DNA of 64,000 nt from Octopus sinensis (GCF_006345805.1 NC_043012.1:25296001-25360000); one strand, 5' to 3'. Positions 12,587 through 26,413 are shown, counted from the first letter of the stretch. Translations and numbers: made by a program. The notes: generated from the letters alone by a model not told the origin.

Positions 12587-13517
12587 ACAACAACAACAAT
12601 AACCATGAAGATTACGTCAATGAACATCACACGTAAAACCGGCACGACCACGACATGAGCCACCATCCCGCAACACCACAAGTGCCAAATCTACTACCGC
12701 CACAACCACCACCACCACCACCACCACCATTACGACCAACGACAACAACAACAAAAACCCAACAGATATAGCAACAACAGCAATGACGACAACGAGGCTA
12801 CGAAACATGAACAACAACAACAACGAGGCTATTTGTAATATAAACGTTTCCGACACCACACATGAAATTTCGGAGTGAAATGCCAAATGCATGCCTCTTT
12901 ATATTTTGGCAAATTTGCAAACCTAAATACCTTGATAGGGAAATTAGCAGAATAACCATATTCTCTTTGTTCAAACCATTAGATTCAGGCACACAACGCT
13001 CGGTGTCTATATTATGCATTTGGCATTATTCCACATGGAAGAAGCTCCACAATTTGCTTCAAGAACAAGTGTTTCAGGCGCGTACATCCTTCTGTTTATG
13101 AAATAACGTATACATGCAGATATACACACGCACACACACACACACGCACACATCGCACGCATGCGCGCACACACACACGTATATAAGTGTATATATGTTT
13201 GTGTATACACATGTATATATATATATGTATGCATATGTACATGTATATATTTACAAAAATTTGTCACACACGCATATTTATCTGCATACAAACATATATA
13301 TACATATATATATATATGTATATATACGGGTTGTAGTATACTATACATACAAAGATGTAATACATAAATGAGAATATATGTGTGTGCATATGTGTGTATA
13401 GTTTTTATAATTTAATTTAAAACTGAGGAACATTTTCAGAAACAAACCTAATTTTCTAATGTTCGCCTTGGTGTGGGAGCTTAAACACACACACACGCAC
13501 AACACACACACACACAT

Positions 13518-13597
<80 letters not shown>

Positions 13598-13817
13598 CAC
13601 GTATATGAGTATAAGTGCGTATGTATACATGTATATAAAATGTTAATATATTAGAGACGAATAAATATCTATTGAAGAAAAACTAAGAAAACATTGGTCA
13701 GAGATCTTTATCATGGAAAACAGAAACCAAATTTATTTCTCATTATCCGGTTACCGGTTTCAGTGTTGTAAGGCAATTTATTCATGCTAGAATATAATGG
13801 AAAGAAATATTAAAATA

Positions 13818-14152
13818 GCCGCAGGCGTGGCTGTGTGGCAAGAAGGTTACTACCCAACTACATGGTTCCGGGTTCAGTCCTACTGTGTAGCACATTGGGC
13901 ACGCGTTTTCTACTGTAGACATGGACAAATCAGAACCTAGTAAGAAGATCTGGTATGTGTGTGCATCTTTGAGTCTGTGTATATGTTCCCATCACCGATT
14001 GACGATTAGTGTTGGTGTGTTTACGCCCCCGTATCTTAGCGGTTCAGCAAAACAGAACGATAGAATAAGTACTAGGCTTAAGAAATAAGTCCTGAAATCG
14101 ATGTGTTCAACTAAACCATTTCCAGACGGTGTCCCAGCATGGTCACAATCAA
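13818..14152 (+). mobile_element. SINE family A, diverged copy
   Basis: gcaggcgtggctgtgtggcaag...catggttccgggttcagtcc...cgatagaataagtactaggctt...cccagcatggtcacaatcaaat. Confidence 0.8.
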
Positions 14153-14226
14153 ATAAAAAAGAAAAAAGAACAAAGAAATACTTTTCACAACATCAATATT
14201 AAAATACTATATACTCTTATATATAA

Positions 14227-14329
<103 letters not shown>

Positions 14330-14896
14330 ATTTTCTCTCTCTCTCTTTCTCTCTCTCTATCTATCTATCTATCTAAATATCCCCTCTCTCTCTGTCTTTC
14401 TCTGCATATATATATAATATATATATATTTATATACATTACATATATGTATGTATATTACATACATACACGAAAATCTGAAACTAGGGCAAGTATGTCAC
14501 ACTCCCTCATTTAACAGAATTTTATCACGTGAGTATTGGCATTGTCATGATGCTGCCCCAGATTGGCCACATAATTTGGGTTCAGAGCAGAAAGTATAGA
14601 AAAATAAATATAGACGTAGTGTGTCGATGTAGTAAGCAGTTTGTAATACAACAACTGCGTGGCACCTAGGGCGAGCAAGGCATTGGCAGACAGAACTGGA
14701 TATGGTGGACGGAAACTGAAAGAAGCCTGTCATCTATATCGACATATATGTTGGTGCGCGTGGGTGTTTGTGTCTGTGATCGACCCCCACCTCGGCTTAC
14801 CAGTTGTGTTGGTTGGTTTACGTCCCCATACTTTATCTGGGATGCTTTATCTAGGATGTGTTTACTTCGTAGATTTACATATACTATGTCATACCT

Positions 14897-15125
14897 AGGT
14901 GGAGGCGCGTGGCGTAGTGGTTTGGGTGTCAGCATCATAATCATAAGAATGTGGTTTCGATTGCTGGACCGGGCGAAGCGTTGTGTTCTTGAGCAACACA
15001 TTTCATTTCACGTTTTTCCAGTCCACTCAGCTGGCAAAAATGAGTAACGCTGCGATGGACTGGGGAGCACATACGCCATTGAAACTGGGAAACTGGGCCA
15101 ATGAGTCTGGCTAGTCTTTAAAAAG
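14897..15125 (+). mobile_element. tRNA-headed SINE family D
   Basis: ggaggcgcgtggcgtagtggtt...ggtttcgattgctggacc...ttcttgagcaacacatttcatttcacgtttttccagtccactcagctggcaaaaatgagta. Related copies at about 2886-3020, 22485-22730 and 26755-26850. Confidence 0.7.
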
Positions 15126-15455
15126 GCGCATTTATTTATTATTTATCATATCATACCTAGATAATGTTAGTTTTAAACACTTATAGTTAGGAAATTGGTA
15201 GTTCCATTTCTTTAAAGACACTGGACTTTTCGTGTATACAAACATATTTGCTATTTATTTCTCAGGAAACGGCAAGCGATATTCTTTTAGTTATATATAT
15301 ATGTATATACATGTAAATATGCATATGTAAACGTACATAAATATACATACATACACACACGATTTCAAAAATCGTACAAGGCGATCTGTCATTTTTCTGA
15401 TTCTATGTAAAAATAGTTAAAATTTGGACCATTTGTATGTCTCCTATGTTGTATG

Positions 15456-15488
<33 letters not shown>

Positions 15489-15951
15489 TTGTATGCGTGT
15501 GTGTGTGTGGTCATATATATAGAAATTAATCAAAGACAAGGGTGTAATATAGTACCGTTATAAACAAAATGACACAGTAAGAGACGGGAGTTTACTACGA
15601 AGAGCTAAGAAAGGAAATACTTAATTCAATAGAATACAATAAGTTATAGTGCATTATATAAATACAAGTGCATCATATGGACAAATAATGTGTTTATAGT
15701 AAAACATTATTCACTTTCAAGGAGGCGTTTCTTCATTGTTTGTGTCAGCGCCACATTTGGTTGATTGTTTAAATGTAATTACTTAGAAGACCGATGATTA
15801 CACTATGGCAAGATACAAGGAGACCAATTGCAGACAGCACCGAGATTGTGTCGCTTAAACTCTAAATATATATATATATATATATATCGCCATGTTGATT
15901 CGCTAGCTTCTGCACGCATTTTTTTTCTCTTCTTGTTTCTCTCCGTGTTTC

Positions 15952-15987
15952 CTTTCTGTTGAAGAGCGTAGGCTCGAAACGTAAAAG
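15952..15987 (+). ncRNA. Hammerhead-like motif with non-canonical core (A6 replaced by U) in a PLE-type repeat
   Basis: CTTT-CTGTTGA-A-GAGC(gtag)GCTC-GAA-ACGT-A-AAAG. The repeat continues to (TA)n at 16084. Confidence 0.55.
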
Positions 15988-16082
15988 ACTTGTTTTATTT
16001 ATATTCCCGAGCGCCATACTAATACAATTGTTTGTTTGTATTCCACCTGCCTTTGTCTTTTGTATTTTCATAAAGCTTCCCG

Positions 16083-16132
<50 letters not shown>

Positions 16133-16163
16133 AAGATGAATCTATATATGTATATATGTATGT

Positions 16164-16330
16164 AGGCGCAGAAGTGGCTGAGAGGTAAGAAGCTAGCTTA
16201 CCAGCCACATGGTTTCGGTTTCACTCCCCACTGCGTAGCACCTTGGGTAAGTGTCTTATACTATAGCCTCGGGCCGACTAAAGCCTTGTGAGTGGATTTC
16301 GTAGACGGAAATTGAAAGAAGCTCGTCGTT

Positions 16331-16363
<33 letters not shown>

Positions 16364-16528
16364 ATGTTTGTCTGTGTTTATGTCCCCGTAACATAGCGGT
16401 TCAGCCAAAGACCGATAGAATAAGTACTAGGCCTACAAAGAATAAGTCCTGGTGACGATTTGTTCGACTAAAGGTGGTGCTCCAGCGTGGCTGCTGTCAA
16501 ATGACTGAAAGGAATAAAAGAATAAAAA
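16164..16528 (+). mobile_element. SINE family A, full-length
   Basis: Head aggcgcagaagtggctgagaggtaag, body gccttgtgagtggatttcgtagacggaa, internal (TA)(TG)n, tail ggtgctccagc...gtcaaatgactgaaa plus (GAATAAAA) repeats. Confidence 0.85.
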
Positions 16529-16736
16529 GGAAGATAGGTATATATATGCATATATGATTGTGTGTAGTTGAGTATGCGGGGAGATTACACACGTATATAT
16601 ATTTATATATGTATGTATAAATGTTTTGTATGTATGTATGTATGTATGTATGTATATGCATGTATGTATGTATGTATGTATGCATATATGTATGTATGTT
16701 TGTATATATGTATGCATGTATATATATAATATATAT

Positions 16737-16768
<32 letters not shown>

Positions 16769-17513
16769 ACATGTGACGAAATGAAGGGACGTTAAAACTT
16801 CTCATAATTTTGTCGTGTAGTAGAAGAGCATTTCATTAATAAGAATCGGGTAAATAAGTAGATTAAAGTAAAACCACATAAAGTACATCTGACAAATACA
16901 GACGTTCGCTTCATATTCTCCACCACCACGAACACAAACTAACAGACACGCAGAAACCTATATATATATATATATATTATTGCAGCGCATGTGTGTGCTT
17001 GTCCATATGTGTATGGACATTTTTCAACGTGTTTATATGTAGAATCGCTGTCGTATCACTAGCTAAAGTAAAAAAAAACAACAAAATAAACAACAAACAA
17101 ACAAACAACTGAAGTCATAAATAAACCAATACACACGCGCAAAGATATATCTTTGTGACAGGCATATACATTTGCCTTAGAAGGTAATTATTATAGGAAA
17201 ACCATACTCCGGCATGAAACTTGCTGTCAAAATAGCACCACTCATGTTGCAATGTTTGTCATAGGAATATATGTTCGTCGAGGGATTGGCAAAAGTATTG
17301 CTCAAGCTTCATTCATTTAGGTCCAGTGACATACTGATGTCTCAGCAGTATTTTCGTTTAGTACTTACAGAATCCTATGGCCCTGGATGCGTGCCGTGAA
17401 AATTCAGAGGCACATACAGGTTAGTGTGTAAGGATGAAAGTAAATCAAAGCAATCAGGCTGAATGCGAGATGGCTATCATCTGGCAAAATGTACAGTCAT
17501 CATATTTACTGTG

Positions 17514-17569
<56 letters not shown>

Positions 17570-17705
17570 ATATATATATATCTGTGTGTGTATTTATATA
17601 TACATATATATACATATATATATATATGCATATGTATATATATATATATATACATATATATGTAAAAGTATGTATGTATGTATGTATATATATAGAGATA
17701 GATAG

Positions 17706-17748
<43 letters not shown>

Positions 17749-17817
17749 AGATAGATAGATAGATGATAGATAGATAGATAGATAGATGATAGACAGACAG
17801 ATAGATTAGATAGATAT

Positions 17818-17882
<65 letters not shown>

Positions 17883-19124
17883 CAGAGAGTTCATATTTAC
17901 AGAAAACACGAAGACAGCTGAAGAAAAAACAAGCAAGTGTATTATTTTAACGCTCGGAAAGAATGGAAATTACTTCGACGTTTCGAGCCTTCACTTATTG
18001 GAGATAAAGGATTAAGAAGGAAAAAATAGAGAAAGAAAAAATGGCATACATAGATATATATACATACATACATACAAACATACATATATAGATACATAAA
18101 TATACATACACAGACAGACGGACAGACAAACACACACAAACTCACACGTCTATACGCACATATAACACTAGGATACGAATAGTTACTTTTGTACCTTCTC
18201 TGAAGAGAGAAACCGTAAAGAGGAACTAACCTAATGCGGGACTAGTGTTAGTGAATACCAATGCACCGAGACTTGAATATTTCATAAAATTTTGAAACGA
18301 TCCTCATCCCTCATTTTGTGATGATTTGCCTAGTAAATAATTTCGGAGGGTTTTTTATTAGATATTAGCCGAAAATATATTAAGAAGATTCCAAAGCGAG
18401 TGGCTACTTGTTTGCGGGATAGAGATATATTTTCCACATCCTTCGGACGTTAAATCGTTAGATTGGAGCCATCTTGAAGTAACGCATTCATTAGTTTACT
18501 CGTACAAATTGACTCTACTAGCTATATTTTGATTATTATTCTAATCGTTTTTTGCGAACCGCTATGATATGGGCTTTAAAAATATCAATACACTCAGGAA
18601 AGAAGTGACGAAATGAAACTAAGAAACACACAGATATGCATACTTCATATGTGTGTGTGTGTGTGTGTGTGTGTCTTTGTATAATAACACACACATACAC
18701 ACGTATATACACAGCCTCAAATTTATACGAGGGCGAGTCTATTGGTGCGTGTAATTTTACCCATATCTTTACAACAGACATATACCTAGTCGTTGATTTC
18801 ATGTCGCTGGCAACTCTTTCGTTTTTAATGTAGAATTTCAGAGTGAGTCACTGTATATTTATAACTCTAAGTATATCCACAGTAACCTTTTGCGGCTTGT
18901 TAGTCTGGTCAAGCATGACTGTTAAACACCTTCGTATATTTACGTCTATCAGAATTTCTCGACATTCACAACTATCATTTGATATTTATCCCTTGGCAGC
19001 TGCCTACTTACGCATTTTCTTTTTTGTTCTTAACGCAATTGCAAGTAAATACCCATGGCTAATTATATGTAATTAAATGTTTATGCGCATTTGTGAGCGT
19101 GTCTGTGTGCGCATGGATTACACA

Positions 19125-19169
<45 letters not shown>

Positions 19170-19179
19170 CCAATATATA

Positions 19180-19213
<34 letters not shown>

Positions 19214-19239
19214 GATACACCACATACACACACATATAT

Positions 19240-19273
<34 letters not shown>

Positions 19274-20022
19274 ATATATATTGAATATATATCATATACC
19301 AATATATACCAATATATATATATATATATAATTTAGAAATATATAGAGTTACATACAGTCATATATATAGATATAACTACGTAGATACACAAACATATTA
19401 ATATATGTATATGTGTGTATGTATTAATGTATGTATGTATGTATGATGTAATGTATGTATGGTGTGTGTACGTGTGTGTATGTATGTGTGTATGCATGTA
19501 TGAATGAATATCTATTCAGATGTTAAATAAATACCGTTGATAAATACAAATTCGAAAGTAGATGACTACAACCGCAATAGCTACAAGAATCATTAAAACA
19601 CCATCGCAAAATTAATGCCACAAGAAGAGGAAAAGAACAACAAAAACATGAATCTCGAACGATAGCGACAATAACTACAAGAAAATATAACAGTAATTTC
19701 CCGAAGCAAATGTGAACGGTGACATATTAATCTTAATGTCACTGAAATAGTGTCTGATAAAGATACAACGATGCTTCTATGGACGAAAAAAAAAATTAAG
19801 CAAAATATAAAAAATGTATGAGGAAAGAAAATAAAAGGAAAAAACGGATTTCAATCTTTTTCCAATGTAAATTGGTAGACGAAGCCATTTGATTTCAAGG
19901 CCAAGTCTTCAGGTTAAGAAGTTAATGGCTTTTGCTCTTGTATAAGTTCTAAGCAAAAAACGGTCAGAAGAAAATAAGAAACGAAAAATGGAGAGAAACA
20001 GGAGATATAAAAATACACTGCA

Positions 20023-20065
<43 letters not shown>

Positions 20066-20127
20066 ACACACATACACACAATATAGCATACATATAGAAT
20101 TTATACATTTGTATATATATATTATAT

Positions 20128-20166
<39 letters not shown>

Positions 20167-20718
20167 ACAGAAATAATCTAAAATATACATACATTATATT
20201 CTTTTAGTTATATATATGTATATACATGTATATATGCATATGAAACGTACAATAAATATAGATACATACACACACACACACACACATATATTATATATAT
20301 ATATATTGTGTATCTCTCTCTCTCTTTCTATATATATATATATATATATAGTGTATCTCTCTTTCTCTCTCTCTCTCTTCTCTATATATTTATATATATA
20401 TATACTATATATATATATATATATATATATAATTATACATAACAAATAGGATTTATTGCTCATTTTGTTTTCTCTCGGATCCTTCTCTCACTCTCACTCC
20501 CTATCAGTCTCTGTCTCAGTCTGTTCTCACACACTTTCACTTAATCGTGATCCCTCTCTCTCTCGCGCGCGCTTTCTTCTATTTACCAGATATATGCATG
20601 GGCACACGGCCTCACACGTACATGATATTCATAGACACACATTCACACCGGCAAAAATATTCATACACACATACACCGAAATACACAACATGCACCCGTA
20701 TATATATCTATATCTAAA

Positions 20719-20752
<34 letters not shown>

Positions 20753-20808
20753 AAAATATATATATATGCATATATATAAAAATATATATATACATATATA
20801 TATATGCC

Positions 20809-20853
<45 letters not shown>

Positions 20854-21199
20854 TGTATAGACACAAAAATGTAGATCAAAACACAGCCAACATAGACAAA
20901 AGTATTACATATAGATGTGTGGATATATATACACATATGTAATTATATATATATATTTATATATATATGCGCGCGCGTGTGTATGTGCGTATATATATAT
21001 GTACGTATCTAAGTATATGTATCTATGTGTGTGTGTAGTCAACATCTCCCATGTCATTGACATGTTGAAAGAATTCATTTTTTTTCTACAATCTATGCAA
21101 TGATGTTTTTGCTGTCACAACAACCGCAAAAAAAAATTGCTACCACTACTGCTTCTGCTACCCCTGCTGCTACTGCTGCTGTTACAGTGCTGATGCTGC

Positions 21200-21299
21200 N
21201 NNNNNNNNNNNNNNNNNNNNNNNNNNNNNNNNNNNNNNNNNNNNNNNNNNNNNNNNNNNNNNNNNNNNNNNNNNNNNNNNNNNNNNNNNNNNNNNNNNN
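21200..21299. other. Assembly gap (about 100 N)
   Basis: Run of N; true size unknown. Confidence 0.99.
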
Positions 21300-21406
21300 T
21301 CCCATACAGTTAATCCAAACATGAAAACACAATGAGAAAACACAACACGAGGACGTGGAACAAATATAGTATTATTGGACGCTCAGGAAGGAAGGGAAGA
21401 AGGAGG

Positions 21407-21441
21407 GTTTAACGTTTCGAGCGGAGCTCTTCGTCAGAAAC
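21407..21441 (-). ncRNA. Minimal type I hammerhead ribozyme candidate (ACGU palindrome)
   Basis: Minus strand GTTT-CTGACGA-A-GAGC(tcc)GCTC-GAA-ACGT-T-AAAC: intact core, 4-bp stems I and II. Lies in a repeat spanning about 21305-21515. Confidence 0.7.
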
Positions 21442-21950
21442 ATAGGAAAAGGAATGATCCAGAGAAGGGAAGACGGGGGGGGGGGGGAAATCGCCAACGG
21501 TACACACGCGAGTATTAGTAGGAATCTATATTCTGCACGACGATCGTTTCGACGCATGCTGCAGCTGTTGTTGAGGGATATGATATTATGAATCTAGTTG
21601 TGTTGCATCAATAGGTACAGTCTGTAACACTTCAGGTGCATTGTGTGCAGAAATAATATACCACTAGATATAGTGAGTTCTTTTTGGCATGTATTTCTCT
21701 CACGTTGTACGTCAGAACACGAACAGAGGTAATGTAATTTTGCGGTTGTAACCTGCAAAAGGGACTGGCTAGAGTTGACGGTGAATATATAACATAAATT
21801 AAGATCCCAAATGATTGAGAATAAAATCTGTCAAAGTAAGTTAAAATTAAGATGGGTGAGTATACACTCTTTCACATGGACATATCGAGAGACGCGCGCA
21901 CGCGTGTCGCCAAGTGAACGTTATTTCATGTGATTTTAAGCTATCAAGAT

Positions 21951-22338
21951 ACGGCAACGAGCTGGCAGAAACGTTAGCACGCCGGGCGAAATGCGTAGCC
22001 ATATTTCGTTCTGAGTTCAAATTCCGCTGAGGTCGACTTTGCCTTTCATCGTTTCGGGGTTGATAAATTAAGTACCAGCTACGTACTGGAGTCGATATAA
22101 TCGATTTAATCCGTTTGTCTGTCCTTGTTTGTCCTCTCTGTGTTTAGCCCCTTGTGGGTATTAAAAAAATAGGTATTTCGTCTGTCTCACGTTCTGAGTT
22201 CAAATTTCTCTGAGGTCGGCTTTGCTTTTTATCCTTTCGTGGTCGATAAATTAATTACCAGTTGCGTACTAGGTTTGATCTAATTGACTACCACAGTACC
22301 CAAAAATTTCGGGACTTGTGCCTAGAGTAGAAAAAATA
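21951..22338 (+). mobile_element. SINE family C dimer with 14-bp TSD
   Basis: Head gagctggcagaaacgttagcacgccgggcgaaatgc, two cores joined by the same linker as in the 6.3-kb array, tail cttgtgcctagagtagaaaa. TSD taagctatcaagat at 21937-21950 and 22339-22352. Confidence 0.9.
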
Positions 22339-23747
22339 TAAGCTATCAAGATGGTGATATTGGTGGCAGACATCTGACAATTATCTCGCATCCCGCTAGG
22401 TAACAGATTCCCAAATCAGTCACAGTTGAATACTAGTTGGTTTGACAAACATATTTCGTGATACAAAAATTTTACTCAAACATTGCGGAGGTGCCTGGCG
22501 TAGTGCTAAAAATGTTACGCTCATGATCATAAGAGTGTGGTTTCGCATCCTGGACCAGGTGTTGTGTTACGCTCTTGTGCAAACAGTTCATTTCACAATG
22601 CACCAGTCCACTCACCTGACAAAAATTAGTGTTCTGTGGACGGACCTATGTCTCGTCCAGGGGGTAAATTTATATGCCACAGAATCCGGGAAAACCGGTC
22701 TTATGAGCTTATTATTCGGGAAGGACCTTTGATCTTTTTCACTGAAACATTGCCAACGTTGACGATGAAATATTTCAGAATCACCACCTGAGAATGTATA
22801 TTGTAATTGCTTACATTCTCAAAATAACTGAGAAACCATGATGGCGTCAAACTTTGTACAATCATTACAGCGTCAGATACAATGCCTAAGGCATTTGTTT
22901 CCTTTCTTTGAACAGTGAATTTATATTTCGTCCAGGTTAACTTTGACATTCATCCTGTTGTTTATCGATCAACAGAATATACCTCCTGCCATGAATGATG
23001 GAATGACAATAGTGTTGTTCTGGCAGGAAAACCTGTACACTTGGGTTAGAAATATGTGAAACGATGACTGGAAGATGGGGGAAAAAGGTAACCGAATTAT
23101 GTTTCGGCCGATTATCATTCTTTTAGTTCAAATCCGCTATGTTATATTCACCTATTCGCACGAAGAAATTCAGTTCCCAGTGAAGAAAGATAAATGAAAG
23201 TTGTTTTCTGTGTAAGCTGAACTCAGGCATAAAAGATCCAAGAAATGAATACCGGATAATGTTTTAATTCTCCCTCTTATTATAATTCTGCCAATGTACC
23301 AACTTTCCTGAATTCATAACCGTCACTATTTTAAGCAAGCGTTCGGTAATTTTCAGAGTAAGGGATCCGTGACGTACATCAATCCAACTACTGGACTGAC
23401 ACTTTGCTGTATTGAACCCGGATGGATGAAATGCAAAGTCGACATTTGCAGTATTTGAACAGAGAATGTAAAGAGCCTGAAGGAATGTTACAGTAGATTT
23501 TACTGATGCTCTAACGATTGTCAGTTCGCCAACCCCAGGTCAAACAATTACTCAGTTAATCCTTACTATATATTTTCGATATCTGGAGACTGAATAATAA
23601 AATTGACTTCATCCGAATCTGAACGCAGAACTACAAATATAATTATTTTATCGACACAAGAGGATAAAAGTCAAGGAGGAATTTCAATACAGAACCGTGG
23701 TGGGTTAAAGAATCTGCGAGCTAATTGTCTTAAGATAGACGTAATAT

Positions 23748-24505
23748 TATTTTTCTACACTAGGCACAAGGCCCGAAATTTTGAGTGGCCAGTCGATTAG
23801 GTTGCCCCCAGTAAGCAAATGGTGCTTAATTTATCGACACCGAATGAATGAAAGGCAAAGTCGACTTCGGAGGAATTTGAACTCAGAACGTAACGGCAGA
23901 CGAAATACCTATTTCGTTACTGCCCACAAGGGGCTAAACACAGAGAGGATAAACAAGGACAGACAAACGGGCTAAGTCGATTATATCGACGCTAGTGCGT
24001 AACTGGTACTTATTTAATCGACCCCGAAAGGATGAAAGGCAAAGTCGACCTCGGAGGAATTTGAACTAAGAACATAGCGGCAGACGAAATACCTATTTCT
24101 TTATTATCCACAAGGGGCTAAACACAGAGGGGACAAACAAGGACAGACATAGGTATTAAGTCGATTACATCGACCCCAGTGCGTAACTGGTACTTAATTT
24201 ATCGACCCCGAAAGGATGACAGGCAAAGTCGACCTCGGCGGAATTTGAACTCACAACGTAACGCAGACGAAATACCGCTACGCATTTCGCCCGGCGTGCT
24301 AAAGTTTCTGCCAGCTTGCCACCTTAAAATTGACGTAATATTCTTTTCTACTCTTGGCACAAGGCCCAAAATCTTGGGGGAGGAGCCAGTCGATTACATC
24401 GACCCCAGTACGCAACTGGTACTTAATTTACCGACCCCGAAAGGATGAAGGGGGAAAGTCGATCTCGGCGGATTTCAAAACAGAACGTAAAAACAGACGA
24501 AATAT
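23748..24505 (-). repeat. SINE family C trimer followed by a monomer
   Basis: agtcgatta anchors at 23791, 23975 and 24159 (period 184), head at about 24270-24320, then a further monomeric copy at 24345-24505. Confidence 0.85.
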
Positions 24506-24973
24506 TACAGCGTATCCAATAAGGTCGTGAGCTGACAGAATTGTTACCGCACCGGACAAAATAGATACCCGCGGGACTCTGCGGTTATCGTAAATGACTG
24601 TCCCCTCCTCACTAAATCTCTAGACATGTTCTAAATTATGAAATCGCTATTTTAGTACATTCTTTTCTGTACCGAGCTGTCTTCTATTAGATTTTCAATG
24701 ATCGATGAAATATTCTGACATTTTCTGGGTTTCTTTTTAATGAAAGCTAAGCAGCAAGGATATCAAGAAGAATACGGGTTGTATAACTATGAAAGTAGCC
24801 AATTGAAAGTGACCAAATGCGGTGATCAGCTGATGCCGATTAAGGCATAAGAAAATAAAGATCTATATCAATCGGATGAATAACCTCCTTTTTTTTTTTC
24901 AGATTTGCTCATTCGATTTTGTGGTTTTATGAAATCGTATCAGACTGCTTTCGGTTTACAGTTTAAAAGACAA

Positions 24974-25047
<74 letters not shown>

Positions 25048-25749
25048 GTGTGTGTGTGTGCGTGTGTGTATGTGTGTGTGTGTGTGATTATGTATATATG
25101 TATATATGTATGCATATATATATATACATACACATACATATATACATATATATATGTATATGTATATATGTATGTGTATGTATGTGTATGTATATATACA
25201 TATATAGATAAGAACATATATACATATATATATGCACACACACATAGCATATACGTAAACACGCACAGACACATACACAAACACACACACACACATATAT
25301 ATAGTAAGGATTTTGTAACCGTTTTATTTCTTGTGCATTGTAATTATCATCTTCATCGTCGTCGCAGTCTTCGTTACCACCATCACTATCATCATCCCCA
25401 TCATCATCATTAACATCATCAAATTAACTTCTGTTAAAAATATGTCAGCGTGTGTAAGTTAAGTATAGAATGGGTGATAATATCCCAACTAAAAAGAGAG
25501 CTAATTATATACATATTTACTTTCCAACATAATTCTACCTCTATGCTCGCTGCCTCTGTTCTAGTGTTTCTACTAATTATGCAGTATATATGTAATATAT
25601 TATATATATATATATGTGTGTTGTGAGAGAGAGTGTGTGTGTGTGAGAGTGTGTGTGTGTGTGTGTGTGTGGGTGTGTGTGTCGTGTGTGTGTGTCTATG
25701 TGTGTGTGCGTATGTTTGTATACATTTAAATTATGTATATATGTTGTTG

Positions 25750-25805
<56 letters not shown>

Positions 25806-26227
25806 CATATGCATATATATGTGTATATATATACATGTTTACGTACATATTTACATATACATATAAGCACACATCCATCCATCCACATATATATATATAT
25901 ATACACATACGTGCATATAATTTATATTTTAGTATACATGTATAAATGCATACGTATGTTTGGGACTGTGTATATTTCTCTCTATACGCCTGCATTTATA
26001 CACATATATAGGTATGCCATTATGTATATCTATTTATACTCTCAATACCATAATACATATATATTCAGCAAAATTTCGAAACAGAAGAAAATGAAGTTTA
26101 CAACCATATGTACTCATTGTGCCATTGTTTCACTATTTTTATCATATTGTCTTTAATGTACTAATTCAGAGAAGAAGCACAACGCACAACCGCACGCTTT
26201 CACCTGTAGGCATACATGAATAAATGC

Positions 26228-26268
<41 letters not shown>

Positions 26269-26413
26269 TATATATATATATATAATATATTGTACGCGTT
26301 GTATGTTCCGTTTGTTTTGTAATTATATATACGTATATGTGGTGTGTGTATACATACATACATAACATACATACATACGTACATATATATATGTATGTAT
26401 ACACACACACACA

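Noticed and set aside
17322-17419. Possible upstream synaptotagmin exon (NPMALDACRENSEAHT + phase-1 donor gttagt; DILMSQQY in another frame)
   Set aside because: The phase would fit the 34965 acceptor, but it is too short and dissimilar to C2B beta1-beta2, the two fragments are in different frames, and an equally good donor exists on the minus strand.
18362-18478. Open exon-like stretch DISRKY...FPHPSDVKSLDWSHLE with AG/GT ends
   Set aside because: No synaptotagmin similarity. It may be a decayed Tc1/mariner WP-SPDLNPLD segment, but too weak to call.
24740-24850. YNYESSQLKVT resembling C2A YDFQNNQLLVG
   Set aside because: Flanking residues do not fit, the frame stops within 12 codons, and there are no suitable splice sites.
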